DNA of 56,483 nt from a virus. Taxonomy: Duplodnaviria > Caudoviricetes. This document shows, piece by piece, positions 7,212 to 16,634 of this stretch. Every line of letters starts with the position of its first letter. Position 1 is the first letter of the stretch. The stretch lies in IMG/VR virus record IMGVR_UViG_3300015259_000006, positions 1 to 56,483 of that record; one strand, given 5' to 3'. Under the pieces are notes generated by a model. It made no database searches. It saw only the letters and a program-made list of their open reading frames with translations, and was not told the origin of the DNA. A program made the translations under genes and the position numbers.

Positions 7212-8459
7212 CTACCACCAGCTCGTGCAGACGTTGCGTCCGGGTTCGCAGAGGCGGCAGTTCCCGTTGTTCCGGTAGAGCTGGAACGGGTTGCCCTCGA
7301 CCTGCTCGCACCTCGCCCCGTTCTTCGCGTCGGTCACCGGGTCGCCCTTGAGCAGCCACCGCTCGACAGCGGGGCGCTCGAGGTCCCCCTCTTTGTCCTT
7401 CCGCATCGGGCAGCCTGCGCGCTTCGTGCCGTCCTCCGTCGGGCTCTGTCCCGTCGCGGCGCAGAAGGGCTCCTGATCGACCGTGACGGGCGTGGTGTCC
7501 GCGATCTTGCGGCTGTACTCGCGCGAGTTGAAGCGCCACCTGGGCGTGCCGTTCGAGTACGTGCGCATCGGGCAGGGGAGGAAGGGGCACTCGTCGGTCG
7601 CGGGCGGGGGCGGCGGAGTCGGAGGCGGCGCGGTGCCGCGCACGTACATGTGCTTGATGGCGTTCGCGCTCGTGGCCACGCACGCGCGCGCGTAGTCGAA
7701 CAGGTGCGTCTCCTCGTACTCGTTCGTCCCCGGTCGGTTCACGAAGATGCAGTCGCTGCGCTTCCCGTTGTCGTCGATCGACTGCCCGGCCACGACGTCG
7801 ACGGCGAGCAGCTCGTCCGAGATCCCTTGGAAGGCCGTGTCGATGCCAGAGGGCCCGTCGCGCAGGCACGCGCCGTCGCCTCGCCACGCCTCGGGGTTCT
7901 TCGCCCTCCACCGGTCGATCGCGGCCGCGGTGTACGCCCAGGTCTGCTTCCGCGTGTCGGACGCCACGAGCGTCAGGTCCTCGTCGTCGAGCAGCGGCGC
8001 ATGGACGGTCGGCGGAGGGGTCGGCGGCTTGGGTGTTGGCGGGGCGGTGGGCCCGGGTGTCGGCGCCGTGCAGGACGGCAACTCCTGCCACGCCTCGCCC
8101 GGCGGCCGGTGCCAGCAACCACAGCTCGCGCCGACCTCGCACACGGGATCCGGGGGCCGGCACTCGATCCCCGATGGCAGCGGCAGGCACGTCTCAGCCG
8201 GGTCGCACGGCGAGGGGTCGCAGGAGGGCGGCTCCGGGGTCGGAGGCGGTGGCGTGACCGCGCAGCTTGCCTTGTACTGGTCCTGAGCATCCTCACACGC
8301 CTTGCTGACAGGCGCGGCTTGGCAGATGCTCGTGACGGCCGCCGCGAGCCTGGCGCAGTCCGCGTCCGAGCAGCCCCGCTGCTGGACTGCCACGCCTCCT
8401 GCGGTGAGGGCGGCGCCGGCCACGGCTGTCCCGACGGCTCGGCGCATCGTGATCTTCAT
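7212..8459 (-). CDS. Exported Cys-rich, Pro-linker protein (415 aa)
   Basis: N-terminal signal/TM; many Cys; PTP/PPP linkers; GGAGG RBS. Confidence 0.8.
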   Translation of the reverse strand: MKITMRRAVGTAVAGAALTAGGVAVQQRGCSDADCARLAAAVTSICQAAPVSKACEDAQDQYKASCAVTPPPPTPEPPSCDPSPCDPAETCLPLPSGIECRPPDPVCEVGASCGCWHRPPGEAWQELPSCTAPTPGPTAPPTPKPPTPPPTVHAPLLDDEDLTLVASDTRKQTWAYTAAAIDRWRAKNPEAWRGDGACLRDGPSGIDTAFQGISDELLAVDVVAGQSIDDNGKRSDCIFVNRPGTNEYEETHLFDYARACVATSANAIKHMYVRGTAPPPTPPPPPATDECPFLPCPMRTYSNGTPRWRFNSREYSRKIADTTPVTVDQEPFCAATGQSPTEDGTKRAGCPMRKDKEGDLERPAVERWLLKGDPVTDAKNGARCEQVEGNPFQLYRNNGNCRLCEPGRNVCTSWW

Positions 8460-8481
8460 GCGACCCTCCTATCAGGCGAGT

Positions 8482-11082
8482 TCACGGTGCCGCCGGCTCC
8501 GGAGGCGCCGGCTGTGCCGGCATCGGCGGCGGCGGCATCCCAACCTGTTCCTCGGGCGGCGCGACCTCTGTCGGCTGGTTGCCGGCGGCGGTCGTCGGTG
8601 CCCCGGGCGAGGCAAGCTCCGGGGCGGTCATGGCGCGCATCTGCTTCATCTCGTCCTCGAGACGGTGAGCCTCGATGTGGGCGCGCCAGGTCAGCACGAA
8701 GCGCAGGGCCTCCTCGGACGATGGCCCCTCGCCCGCTTCCGCGGGCGGCGCGGCGAAGCCGAACTGCGCGAGCGTCCCCGACCAGTAGTTGAGGATGCGG
8801 TCCTGCAGGTCCGGAGGGCCCGGGATAAAGGCGATCTGCTTCAGGCTCTGGAACCACTGCCCCCCGAGGAGCGCGAGGGCATCGTCCCAGCCGGCGCGGC
8901 GCTCCATGTCCCGGAAGTAGGCGCTGTGACAGGCGCGGCCGTGCTCCTCGTAGTGGGTCGAGTTGTCGTCGATGCCGGGGTCGATCCGGGGGACCCGCTG
9001 TTCTTCCTTGAGCGCGATCCACTCCCGTTGCGCTTCCTTCTCCTGCTCGTCCTCGTCCTCGAATAGCTCCTCGGGCAGCTTGAGCATCCGCGCGATCTTG
9101 CGCTGCTTCGACGGCGTGGCGTTCACGGGGTCGATGACGTGGTTCATGATCGCGTCGCGGATCTTCTCGACCTGCTGGGCTCCGGAGTCGAAGTCCGGCT
9201 CCCCCTCCACCTCGACGTCGGTCTGCTTGGCGAAGTCGAGACCCTTGGTGTACCGCCAGCGCTCCTCGCCGTCGTCGTCCTCGTACTTCACGGGCCGGCC
9301 TTCCGCGTACATGTGGGTGATGACGCGGGCCCCGTGACCCCAGGCACGCTTCAGGCTCGCCTTGACACGGTTGAGGCGCGGCTCCCGGCGTTCCCCTGCG
9401 GCGCCCTTCAAGGCCTCGATCGCGTAGCCGGCGGAGACCCCTGGCGGTGGGTTGCCCTTCTCGACTTCGGCGTAGCCGGCGTAGTCCTTGCAGGCGTTGA
9501 TCGCGTCCTGTGACTCGGCCCTGGTGCCTGGGTCGATCGTCGTGTTGTTGATGAGCTGCGGCAGGACGTTCGGCGCCGTGGGGTCCGGCTCGATCTCGAT
9601 GAGGCTCCCGGGGATGCCACCGCGCATGGCCTGAATCTGGAAGTTGTGCGTCGTGAGGGCGACGTACATGGGCACGGCGAGGCGCTCCCGCACGGAGGCG
9701 GTCTGGCTGGCGATCGTGTTCCGGATGTCCTGCGGGTCGAACATCATGTTCCACAGGCCCTGCCCCTGCAGCCGCCGGCCGCCGTCGATGAACTCCCAGG
9801 GGATGTAGTCGACCATCGACCGCTCGACATACTCCCCGGGGTAGTTGGCCGACTTCATGAGCAGCGGGCCGTAGAACATCACCTGCTCGCCGATGACGAC
9901 CGCGCTGCGCCCCTGGTTGAGGCGCATCTCGTACTCGCCGGTCGCCTCGTTCTGGATCGGCTCCATCCACGGCAGCTTGTGGCGCTCCTTCACCCGGACG
10001 CAGTTCTCGAACATCCGGGCGTCGAGCAGCGAGTAGAGCATGTCGGGGGCGCCGGCCACGGGGTGGTAGCGCGCCAGCGCCGCGGGGTTCTCCGCGCTCA
10101 CGTTGCCGACCTTGTCCGGCCACCGGAGGCCGACCCAGTCGTCCAGGTGCTCGACGTGGGCCTCGCTCCATTCCCGGACCTCGCCCGGGATCGTGTCGAG
10201 CCCCATGTTGCGGGGGAACATGTCGTAGGGAGAGCGGATCGTCATCTCCCAGTCGCCCATGGGTTGCTCTTGGCCGAGGGAGCGGCCGAGGGCGTCCTTG
10301 GCGCCGTTCTGCGCTTCCTCGAGCGTCGGCTTGTACGGAGCCATCGGTGCATGGTCCGGACACCAGGGGCACCCGTTGACTCCGTGCTCGGGCTCGCCGG
10401 TCTCGGAGCGGCCCAGGGTCAGGGCGCCCTCGGAGACGGGGCCCGCCATCGCGAGGCGGTTCACCGAGTTCGTGTTCAGCTTCGGGGACGCCAGGATCTG
10501 CTGGCACTGCAGGCACTGCACGGCGTCGAGCACGGGGACCGTGACGGTCTGGTCCCACCGCAGCACGAACTCCGATTTCCACCAGGCGCCCCCGTAGAGG
10601 GGCATGTGGTAGTAGAGAAGGGGCCCGTGCTTGTCGTCCCAGTGCGTCTCCTTCAGGCGATGCTCCAGCATCTCCTTCATGAGCTTCGCGCCTTCGCGCG
10701 ACCGCAGGTCGGGGGACTCGCTCTTGGGCGTGACGTTCGGGCGGTAGTTCGGGCGCCCGAGCCGGGCCGACTCGTTGATCCGGCCGCCGACCCCCTCGTT
10801 GAAAACCGGCGTGGGGATTCCGGCGTCGCCTCCCGACCAGTAGATCTCAACCCACTGGGCGAGGTTGGTGCCGCCCTCGTAGCCGGCCAGGGCCTGTTGC
10901 AGCCACTGCGCGCCGCGATCGTAGAGCTCGGCCTTGCGCCACCCCGAGGCGTCCCGGACCCGCAGGTCGTGGGCGTAGTAGAGGCCGGAGTCCACCCACT
11001 GCTTGATCGGGCGAACATCCTTCGTCCCGAGCGGCGGCGGGATGTTGACGGACGAGAGGCGTGGCTGATGGACGTCGAGCAC
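8482..11082 (-). CDS. Portal protein (podovirus/P22-like)
   Basis: 866 aa downstream of TerL; MFDPQDIRN, GxxPxGVSAGYAIEAL and DDNSTHYEEH segments resemble this portal class. Confidence 0.8.
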   Translation of the reverse strand: MLDVHQPRLSSVNIPPPLGTKDVRPIKQWVDSGLYYAHDLRVRDASGWRKAELYDRGAQWLQQALAGYEGGTNLAQWVEIYWSGGDAGIPTPVFNEGVGGRINESARLGRPNYRPNVTPKSESPDLRSREGAKLMKEMLEHRLKETHWDDKHGPLLYYHMPLYGGAWWKSEFVLRWDQTVTVPVLDAVQCLQCQQILASPKLNTNSVNRLAMAGPVSEGALTLGRSETGEPEHGVNGCPWCPDHAPMAPYKPTLEEAQNGAKDALGRSLGQEQPMGDWEMTIRSPYDMFPRNMGLDTIPGEVREWSEAHVEHLDDWVGLRWPDKVGNVSAENPAALARYHPVAGAPDMLYSLLDARMFENCVRVKERHKLPWMEPIQNEATGEYEMRLNQGRSAVVIGEQVMFYGPLLMKSANYPGEYVERSMVDYIPWEFIDGGRRLQGQGLWNMMFDPQDIRNTIASQTASVRERLAVPMYVALTTHNFQIQAMRGGIPGSLIEIEPDPTAPNVLPQLINNTTIDPGTRAESQDAINACKDYAGYAEVEKGNPPPGVSAGYAIEALKGAAGERREPRLNRVKASLKRAWGHGARVITHMYAEGRPVKYEDDDGEERWRYTKGLDFAKQTDVEVEGEPDFDSGAQQVEKIRDAIMNHVIDPVNATPSKQRKIARMLKLPEELFEDEDEQEKEAQREWIALKEEQRVPRIDPGIDDNSTHYEEHGRACHSAYFRDMERRAGWDDALALLGGQWFQSLKQIAFIPGPPDLQDRILNYWSGTLAQFGFAAPPAEAGEGPSSEEALRFVLTWRAHIEAHRLEDEMKQMRAMTAPELASPGAPTTAAGNQPTEVAPPEEQVGMPPPPMPAQPAPPEPAAP

Positions 11083-11085
11083 CGT

Positions 11086-11409
11086 CTACTCCATGCTGCC
11101 GGGAACGGTGGCCCCGGCGTTCGCCTGGAAACTCTCACGCTCGGCGGCGAACTGCGCTTCGACCTCTTCGCTCGTCATCGGTGGCCGGAACTGGCGCCGC
11201 CGGAGCTCGGCGGGAGTTGTCGGCGCCGCCTCGCCCACGGCTCGAGGCTCCGGCCGGGCCGGTCGCTCCGCGGCGTAGCGGATCGCGTAAGCGCGGGCGT
11301 CGACGACGGCCAGCGACGTCTTCATCGCCTCGCGCAACTGTTCGCGGAGATCGGTGATCGTCTCGTCTCGCATCCGGCAACCGTCGCAGGCCCCGCCGAG
11401 CAGTCCCAT
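11086..11409 (-). CDS. Hypothetical protein (107 aa)
   Basis: TGATG overlap and GGAGG RBS; MGLLGGACDGCRMRDETI... Confidence 0.6.
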   Translation of the reverse strand: MGLLGGACDGCRMRDETITDLREQLREAMKTSLAVVDARAYAIRYAAERPARPEPRAVGEAAPTTPAELRRRQFRPPMTSEEVEAQFAAERESFQANAGATVPGSME

Positions 11410-11810
11410 CAGGCCGACCTCCGTTGTGGCACCGGGTTCGCCCATTCCGCGAGCACGGCGAGGACCTCCCGCTGGTTCGCCTTGTAGCGCTGCCACATCC
11501 AGGCGGCGATGACGCGCCTCACCATCCGCTCGCGGAGGAGGGCCTCGCAGGTGCTCTTGAGCTGCGCGAGATTCATGGCCGGCACGGCGAAGAGCGTCAC
11601 CTGCAGCTCGTCGACGGTCGCCGTCCGCGTCTGCACCATGATCCGGACGATCCGCTCCTCGTGCAGCCAGTCCTCGAGGGCGTTGCGCATCGTGACCTCG
11701 GCCGGCGCCTCGACGTACCGGCGTCGCCCGCGGCGGTAGACGAGGATGAGGAGCACGAGGATGAGGGTGTAGACGATCGCGGTCCACACGAACACCCCGG
11801 CGTCGGTCAT
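11409..11810 (-). CDS. Membrane-anchored hypothetical protein
   Basis: MTDAGVFVWTAIVYTLILVLLILVYRR. Confidence 0.65.
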   Translation of the reverse strand: MTDAGVFVWTAIVYTLILVLLILVYRRGRRRYVEAPAEVTMRNALEDWLHEERIVRIMVQTRTATVDELQVTLFAVPAMNLAQLKSTCEALLRERMVRRVIAAWMWQRYKANQREVLAVLAEWANPVPQRRSA

Positions 11811-12109
11811 CGGAGATCCCTGGCGTCCTGGATGATGGTCGGCGAGATGGCCATGAAGGTCGCCTTGCACTTGAGGCACCGCGCCTCGGCCTCCTCGTGC
11901 CCGTCGCGTTCGATGGTGAAGAGGGGCCCGTTCTTGCCGGTCGGCCCGCCCTTCCCACGCTGCCACGGGAAGAGGGAGCGCTCGATCCGGCCGGTGGCGA
12001 CGATCTCGCCCGAGACCAGGCAATGCGGGCAGACCGGATACCCGCAGAGACGACCGGCGCGAGATGGACCGGACCGGACCGCGTTGTCGTCCTGGGCTTG
12101 GGGTGCCAT
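11807..12109 (-). CDS. Zn-ribbon protein
   Basis: CPHC...CLKC; first gene after a sigma70-type promoter. Confidence 0.6.
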   Translation of the reverse strand: MAPQAQDDNAVRSGPSRAGRLCGYPVCPHCLVSGEIVATGRIERSLFPWQRGKGGPTGKNGPLFTIERDGHEEAEARCLKCKATFMAISPTIIQDARDLR

Positions 12110-12129
12110 TTCCCCTTCGGTACCCTTGC

Positions 12130-12158
12130 ACGCTACGGCATCGGGCCCGCGCTGTCAA
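12130..12158 (-). promoter_or_regulatory. Sigma70-type promoter upstream of the portal operon
   Basis: TTGACA-17 nt-TAGCGT in the intergenic gap. Confidence 0.7.
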
Positions 12159-12171
12159 CGATTTGTAGCCC

Positions 12172-12477
12172 CTAGTGCGCCGGACCCCTCGACCGGACGG
12201 CTACACCACCGGTAGTGAGATCGACGCCGAGGTCGACGTCGAAGCGCTTCTCGATCGCCTCCTTCAGCCCGGGGACGCGAAGGATGCCAACGACGATCTG
12301 CTCCCGCGCCGCGTTCATCACATGCTGGTGCCGAGGTGGCGGCTCTCTGGCGATGAGCAACCCGGTGGCGAACGCGAACGCCGTGACGAGGATGCCCTCG
12401 ACGTCGTCTGCCACCACCTTCTCGGTGGCGATCGGTGTCGTGCCGTCGGGTCCGAACAGGATCGGTCGTCCGCTCAT
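12172..12477 (-). CDS. Hypothetical protein (101 aa)
   Basis: ATGA overlap with terL; MSGRPILFGPDG... Confidence 0.65.
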   Translation of the reverse strand: MSGRPILFGPDGTTPIATEKVVADDVEGILVTAFAFATGLLIAREPPPRHQHVMNAAREQIVVGILRVPGLKEAIEKRFDVDLGVDLTTGGVAVRSRGPAH

Positions 12478-15290
12478 CGTCGTCCTCCTCGTCGGTTTCG
12501 CGCGTAGGGGTTCACGAACGGTTGGCCGCGGCCGCCGGCCGGCGGCTTCTGGTCGAGGCCCGAGGCGGCGAGCACCCGGCGGCGCAGCATCTCGCGCGTG
12601 TCGAGCATCGGCGGCTCGTTCCGCTGGCCGAGCACCTCCATCTGGGACTTGTCGGCCTCCCGCCAGATCCACGGCTGCAGGTGGAGCAGCGCCTGGCTCG
12701 TCATGTCCACGTCGTCGTCGTGCGAGCCGTTCGGGAAGGCGGCGTGCTCCTCGATGTAGTCCCAGACCCAGGGTGCTATCGCCGGGTGGGGGACGTAGAC
12801 GTTGTGCGCCGCGAGGAGGGCGACCATGCTCATGGCCCGGGCGTCTGAATCCTTGCTCGACGACGCGGCGGTCATGACGCGCGACACCTTTGAGCCCTGC
12901 GGGCTCGCCGGGATGAGGCCTCCGACCTCGCGACGGAGAATGGCGATCGCCGCGGGCCCGTTCGCCTTGTCCTCGACGATCTTCTTCACGGCCTTCGGGA
13001 AGCGGGTCGTCATGTCGCGGATCGCCTGGACGAGAGCCACGATGTCCATACGCTCGTTCACGCGGTCGAGCAGGAAGCACTGGGCCCCCGCACGCCCCCA
13101 GCATCCACCCGAGACGGGGTCGGGCGGCCGCCCCTTCCGGACCTGGCCGGCCTCGTCCTTGAAGCTCGCATCCCAGGACTGGAGGAGCTCGTCGCCGCCG
13201 CCGCGGTCGTCGGTCTTGAAGTCGGGCAGTTCCACTGCCGGCGGGTACTCGATGCCCTCCTTCGACCGGATCGGGGCGAGGAGTGCCGCGCGCGTCTCCG
13301 GCTGGAGGCCGCGCGGGACCCAGAACCGCCACCACTCCCGCCTGATGATGCCGCCCTCGAGCGGCGACGGGTCCTGCTGATGCTGGGCTGAGTAGCCGTG
13401 GGGGCCGAGCGTGACCTTCGTCTGCTCGATGACCTCGGCCGTGAACCGCGAGGGCCAGAGCAGCTCGCCCTTGTGGGTCCGCGGGTCCTTCCAGCCGATC
13501 GGGCTCACCTCGTGGATGTCCATGACGGCCCGCGGGTCGTACTCGGTCGGCAGCTTCAGGTGGACCCAGGGCAGGGACGACTCCCGGAGGAGATGCCCGG
13601 TGACGTCGTCGTGGTGCGTCCGCTGGGCGATGCCGACGACCCTCGAGCCCCGGGGGTCGTTCATGCGGCCGAGGAACACCTGGTCGATGTACCGGTGTGC
13701 CGCAGTGCGGACGGCATCGGAGTCCGCCTCCTCGATCTTGATCGGGTCGTCGAAGCAGTTGTGGGTGAGGATGCCGTTCGCGTAGAAGTCGTGGTCCGGC
13801 TCGCAGGTCAGGTTGTAGACGGCAGCGGGCGACGGGCAGCGGCGCGCAGAGACGAGCCGTACCGTCTCATCGTGGGCGCGTGGATCCCCTTCTTCGTGTG
13901 GATGAGTCGGTGGCAGGGCACGCAGAGGGTCACCAGGTTGGTGGCCGCGTGATCGGTCTTCGAGCCGTCGAGATGGTGAACGTGAAGCAACCGCGGCTTC
14001 CCCTGGCACATCAGGCAGCAGACATCCCGTTGCCTCACCAGCCGTCTCAAGAATTTCGGAAACCCTGGAGAGTACGGCGTGCGCCATCCCCCGTGCAGGT
14101 AGCGGCCGTTGTTCTGGCCGCGAATGGCGGTTCGGTGGATCGTGCTCGAGCACCGTGTCGAGCAGCAACGCTCTTTGTTCCTGGGGATGAAGGTTCGTGA
14201 GCACACGCTGCAGGTGCGCCGCCGCGCCTCGCGTTGTGCTGCCCCTCGGCAACGATGCGAGCAATATCGTCGCCTCTCCGCCTCGGCCCGGGGCGCCGAG
14301 AACTCGACCTTGCAGTGCGCGCAGACCAAGGTGACCCGACCGCCCCCCCACGAGGGATTGCCCGGACCCGTCTGCGCCTTCGACCAGCACGCTCTCGAGC
14401 AGACGTTCCGGCTCCGTCTCTCGGCGTGGGCTGGGCTGCGGTCGAACGTCGCGCCGCAAACGTCGCAAGAGTACTTCATCAGCGGAGCATATCACATCCA
14501 TGGCCGGGACATACCCCCGTCCCTCCACCCACAGCGGATGCTCCTCGGTGCAGCGGAGTATCCCTCCATCGGAGGTCTCCAGCTCGACAAGTGGTCGCCC
14601 GGAGCTTCGGTGCCAGCCGGTGATTTTCTGCCATCGACCGGAGGATCCGAGCACCCGCGTCTGTAGGCGCTCCTCGACGATCCTCGCGATCGGAAGGGGT
14701 CCATCCTCGGTTTCGATCAGGGTCGAGCCTTCGAGGCACAGGATGTCGCCGCCCTGGCCGGTGGTCCCCGCCTTGACGCCTGCCGTGAAGCGCCGGCCCC
14801 CGCGGTCGTTCTCGTAGTGCGTGATGACGTTCTGGTCGGTCGTCCAGCGGAAGCCCTGGCACCCCACCGCGTGGCGCCCGAGGGGGCACCCGCAGCCCCA
14901 GCGCTGCTGATACCAGTCGGTGTCCATCAGGCGCCGCGAGTAGATGGCGTCCCGGACGGCGAAGCCCACGGAGTACGAGGCGTAGACGAACTGCGTGGCC
15001 GGCCAGCGGGTCCAATGCCACGTCGGCCAGAAGACGGAGACGTACCACGACTTCGAGTGCCTCGGGGCCACCGAGATCAGGAGGAAGCGGATCTGGCCGA
15101 GGGACACCGCCTCGAGATGCTCGGCCATGGCGTCGTGGTGCCAGTTGTGCGCAAAGGGGACGGTCGGCTGCGTCTGCTCCCAGGCGCTGGGCGCGTAGCG
15201 AGAGAGGCTCCGGCCAAGGCGATGGCGCTGGACCTGCTCGAGGGTCGCCTCGCTGAGCTGGTGCGGTTCGGGAGTGGGCTCTGTCGCCAC
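12474..15290 (-). CDS. terL: Terminase large subunit containing an intein
   Basis: Walker A region VAPRHSKS; Walker B rejoined as GGDIL|CFDDP; nuclease motifs QSWDASFK, IVEDKANG, FPNGSHDDDVD. Confidence 0.95.
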   Translation of the reverse strand: MATEPTPEPHQLSEATLEQVQRHRLGRSLSRYAPSAWEQTQPTVPFAHNWHHDAMAEHLEAVSLGQIRFLLISVAPRHSKSWYVSVFWPTWHWTRWPATQFVYASYSVGFAVRDAIYSRRLMDTDWYQQRWGCGCPLGRHAVGCQGFRWTTDQNVITHYENDRGGRRFTAGVKAGTTGQGGDILCLEGSTLIETEDGPLPIARIVEERLQTRVLGSSGRWQKITGWHRSSGRPLVELETSDGGILRCTEEHPLWVEGRGYVPAMDVICSADEVLLRRLRRDVRPQPSPRRETEPERLLESVLVEGADGSGQSLVGGRSGHLGLRALQGRVLGAPGRGGEATILLASLPRGSTTRGAAAHLQRVLTNLHPQEQRALLLDTVLEHDPPNRHSRPEQRPLPARGMAHAVLSRVSEILETAGEATGCLLPDVPGEAAVASRSPSRRLEDRSRGHQPGDPLRALPPTHPHEEGDPRAHDETVRLVSARRCPSPAAVYNLTCEPDHDFYANGILTHNCFDDPIKIEEADSDAVRTAAHRYIDQVFLGRMNDPRGSRVVGIAQRTHHDDVTGHLLRESSLPWVHLKLPTEYDPRAVMDIHEVSPIGWKDPRTHKGELLWPSRFTAEVIEQTKVTLGPHGYSAQHQQDPSPLEGGIIRREWWRFWVPRGLQPETRAALLAPIRSKEGIEYPPAVELPDFKTDDRGGGDELLQSWDASFKDEAGQVRKGRPPDPVSGGCWGRAGAQCFLLDRVNERMDIVALVQAIRDMTTRFPKAVKKIVEDKANGPAAIAILRREVGGLIPASPQGSKVSRVMTAASSSKDSDARAMSMVALLAAHNVYVPHPAIAPWVWDYIEEHAAFPNGSHDDDVDMTSQALLHLQPWIWREADKSQMEVLGQRNEPPMLDTREMLRRRVLAASGLDQKPPAGGRGQPFVNPYARNRRGGRR
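13808..14479 (-). CDS. HNH endonuclease with Zn-finger repeats, nested in the +1 frame inside the intein
   Basis: Three CxxC...CSxxC repeats, GNPSWGGG/NNGRYLHG motifs, RQRD..CLMC...LHVHHLD...NLVTLCVPCHRLIH. Confidence 0.9.
   Translation of the reverse strand: MKYSCDVCGATFDRSPAHAERRSRNVCSRACWSKAQTGPGNPSWGGGRVTLVCAHCKVEFSAPRAEAERRRYCSHRCRGAAQREARRRTCSVCSRTFIPRNKERCCSTRCSSTIHRTAIRGQNNGRYLHGGWRTPYSPGFPKFLRRLVRQRDVCCLMCQGKPRLLHVHHLDGSKTDHAATNLVTLCVPCHRLIHTKKGIHAPTMRRYGSSLRAAARRPLPSTT
14486..14494 (-). promoter_or_regulatory. Extended -10 promoter candidate for leaderless expression of the nested HNH
   Basis: TG-A-TATGCT, then 6 nt, then ATG 14479; no Shine-Dalgarno. Confidence 0.5.
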
Positions 15291-15293
15291 GAG

Positions 15294-15590
15294 CTACTTC
15301 GATGGCCGACGGGGCGCACCACGGGCCGAGAGCGCGGCCGCGAGGCGGCGCAGAGCCATGCTTTTCCGAAGCGGACGGCCGCGGATCCGTTGAGCGAGGC
15401 GCCGGTAATAGTCCCCGCTGTGGCCGAGGACTGCGGCGAAGGCGTCGAGGTTCGAGTAGGGATCAAAGAGCCACTGCTGGGCCAAGCCGATTCTGGGCGT
15501 GAACCGCCCGGGCCGCAGCGCTACGCGGAAACCGTCGAAGATGACGGCCGCTGCGAGCGCGCGGATACCCCTGCTGTCCATCCTGTCCAT
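15294..15590 (-). CDS. Hypothetical helical protein between terS and terL
   Basis: LAAAVIFD...AQQWLF...FAAVLG; TGATG coupling. Confidence 0.6.
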   Translation of the reverse strand: MDRMDSRGIRALAAAVIFDGFRVALRPGRFTPRIGLAQQWLFDPYSNLDAFAAVLGHSGDYYRRLAQRIRGRPLRKSMALRRLAAALSARGAPRRPSK

Positions 15591-16294
15591 CAGCCCACCT
15601 CCGCGGGGATCGCCCGCCGCTTGGCCGCCGCTGACTCGAGCGCGTCGTTCAGCGCATCGAGGATCGGCATCGGCAAGCTGGCCAGCACGAGGTTGAGTGT
15701 CACGCTCTGCCGGGGCGGGGGCGGCGGCTGGTCGCGCGTCAGGCCCCGGATCTTGGCGAGGAGCGCCAGGGCCGGCAGCGGGTCCCGCACCTCGATCGAG
15801 ATGTCGGGGGCGCCCTCGGGGGTCTGCTTCACCCGGTAGCTCTTGAGGGTGGCGCTCCTGCCGGCCTTGATGCCCTGCTCCACGTCGACCACGACCCCGT
15901 TCCCACGAAGGGCGCGCGCCACCGCCATGGCGGCATCGGCGCCCTCCACGGCCCCAATCGCCTGGACGACCAGCCGGGCCTCCGCCGGCTTCACCACGCG
16001 GAGGAAGTCCCCGAGGTCGGCCGTGGCCTGCATCGCGATCCGGTCGAGGATCTCCTCGACGGCCATCCCCATCCGCTCCTCGACGGCCTGGCCGTGCTGC
16101 TCGAGGAGGGCCCGCACGCTCGCACGGCCCAGAAGGCGGCAGGCCGTGGTGGCGAGGTTGGGCCTCGAGCCGCTGTAGCCGGCGGCCTTCGCTGCCTCGA
16201 TGCCGTTGCCCTTGAGCTTCAGGTAGGCTGCCGCGAAGCGACGTTCACGCTCGGCGGTCGTTCTGCGGCTGGCACGAACACCCACGTCCGCCAT
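15590..16294 (-). CDS. terS: Terminase small subunit
   Basis: RRFAAAYL...NGIEAAKAAGYS...ACRLL HTH and D..PALALLAKI; start could be 16312, 16294 or 16285. Confidence 0.85.
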   Translation of the reverse strand: MADVGVRASRRTTAERERRFAAAYLKLKGNGIEAAKAAGYSGSRPNLATTACRLLGRASVRALLEQHGQAVEERMGMAVEEILDRIAMQATADLGDFLRVVKPAEARLVVQAIGAVEGADAAMAVARALRGNGVVVDVEQGIKAGRSATLKSYRVKQTPEGAPDISIEVRDPLPALALLAKIRGLTRDQPPPPPRQSVTLNLVLASLPMPILDALNDALESAAAKRRAIPAEVG

Positions 16295-16571
16295 GATACG
16301 CCATTGGCTCAAATTGGCCCGGGGGAATGCCCAGGTCGTGGGGCGCCGTCCTACCGCTCGGGCCTCGGGCCCCGGGGTGGAGGGGTGAACGGGCCGCTTC
16401 CCACACTGACCCCGCTACGAATGCCCTGTGTTCGGCTGACCTGCTTCCCCCGACCTGGGCGAGGACAGGGTAACACGGCCCTACGGCCGTACAGGGGGGA
16501 GATCGGACCGCGATGCGTCCGAACTACCCCCTAGCGCAGCCGAAATAACCCCCCCCCTATCCGGGACGTTA

Positions 16572-16634
16572 TTTCCGGACCCCCCTACCACAGGAACCCG
16601 TCCGGAAAAGGTCGGACCTCGGGAGTTTCCGGAC
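16572..16634. repeat. Three copies of TTTCCGGAC (direct, inverted, direct)
   Basis: 16572-16580, 16600-16608 (GTCCGGAAA) and 16626-16634, in non-coding DNA upstream of terS. Confidence 0.75.

Larger units (their letters stand above)
13758..14738 (-). mobile_element. Intein (327 aa, residues 185-511) at the TerL Walker B motif
   Basis: Block A CLEGSTLI, block B LRCTEEHPLW, blocks F/G VYNLTCEPDHDFYANGILTHN, +1 Cys. Confidence 0.95.

Noticed and set aside
14479-15048. Third-frame ORF ending in TGATG at the nested HNH start
   Set aside because: Its sequence is filler overlapping conserved TerL motifs; translational coupling from it is unlikely.
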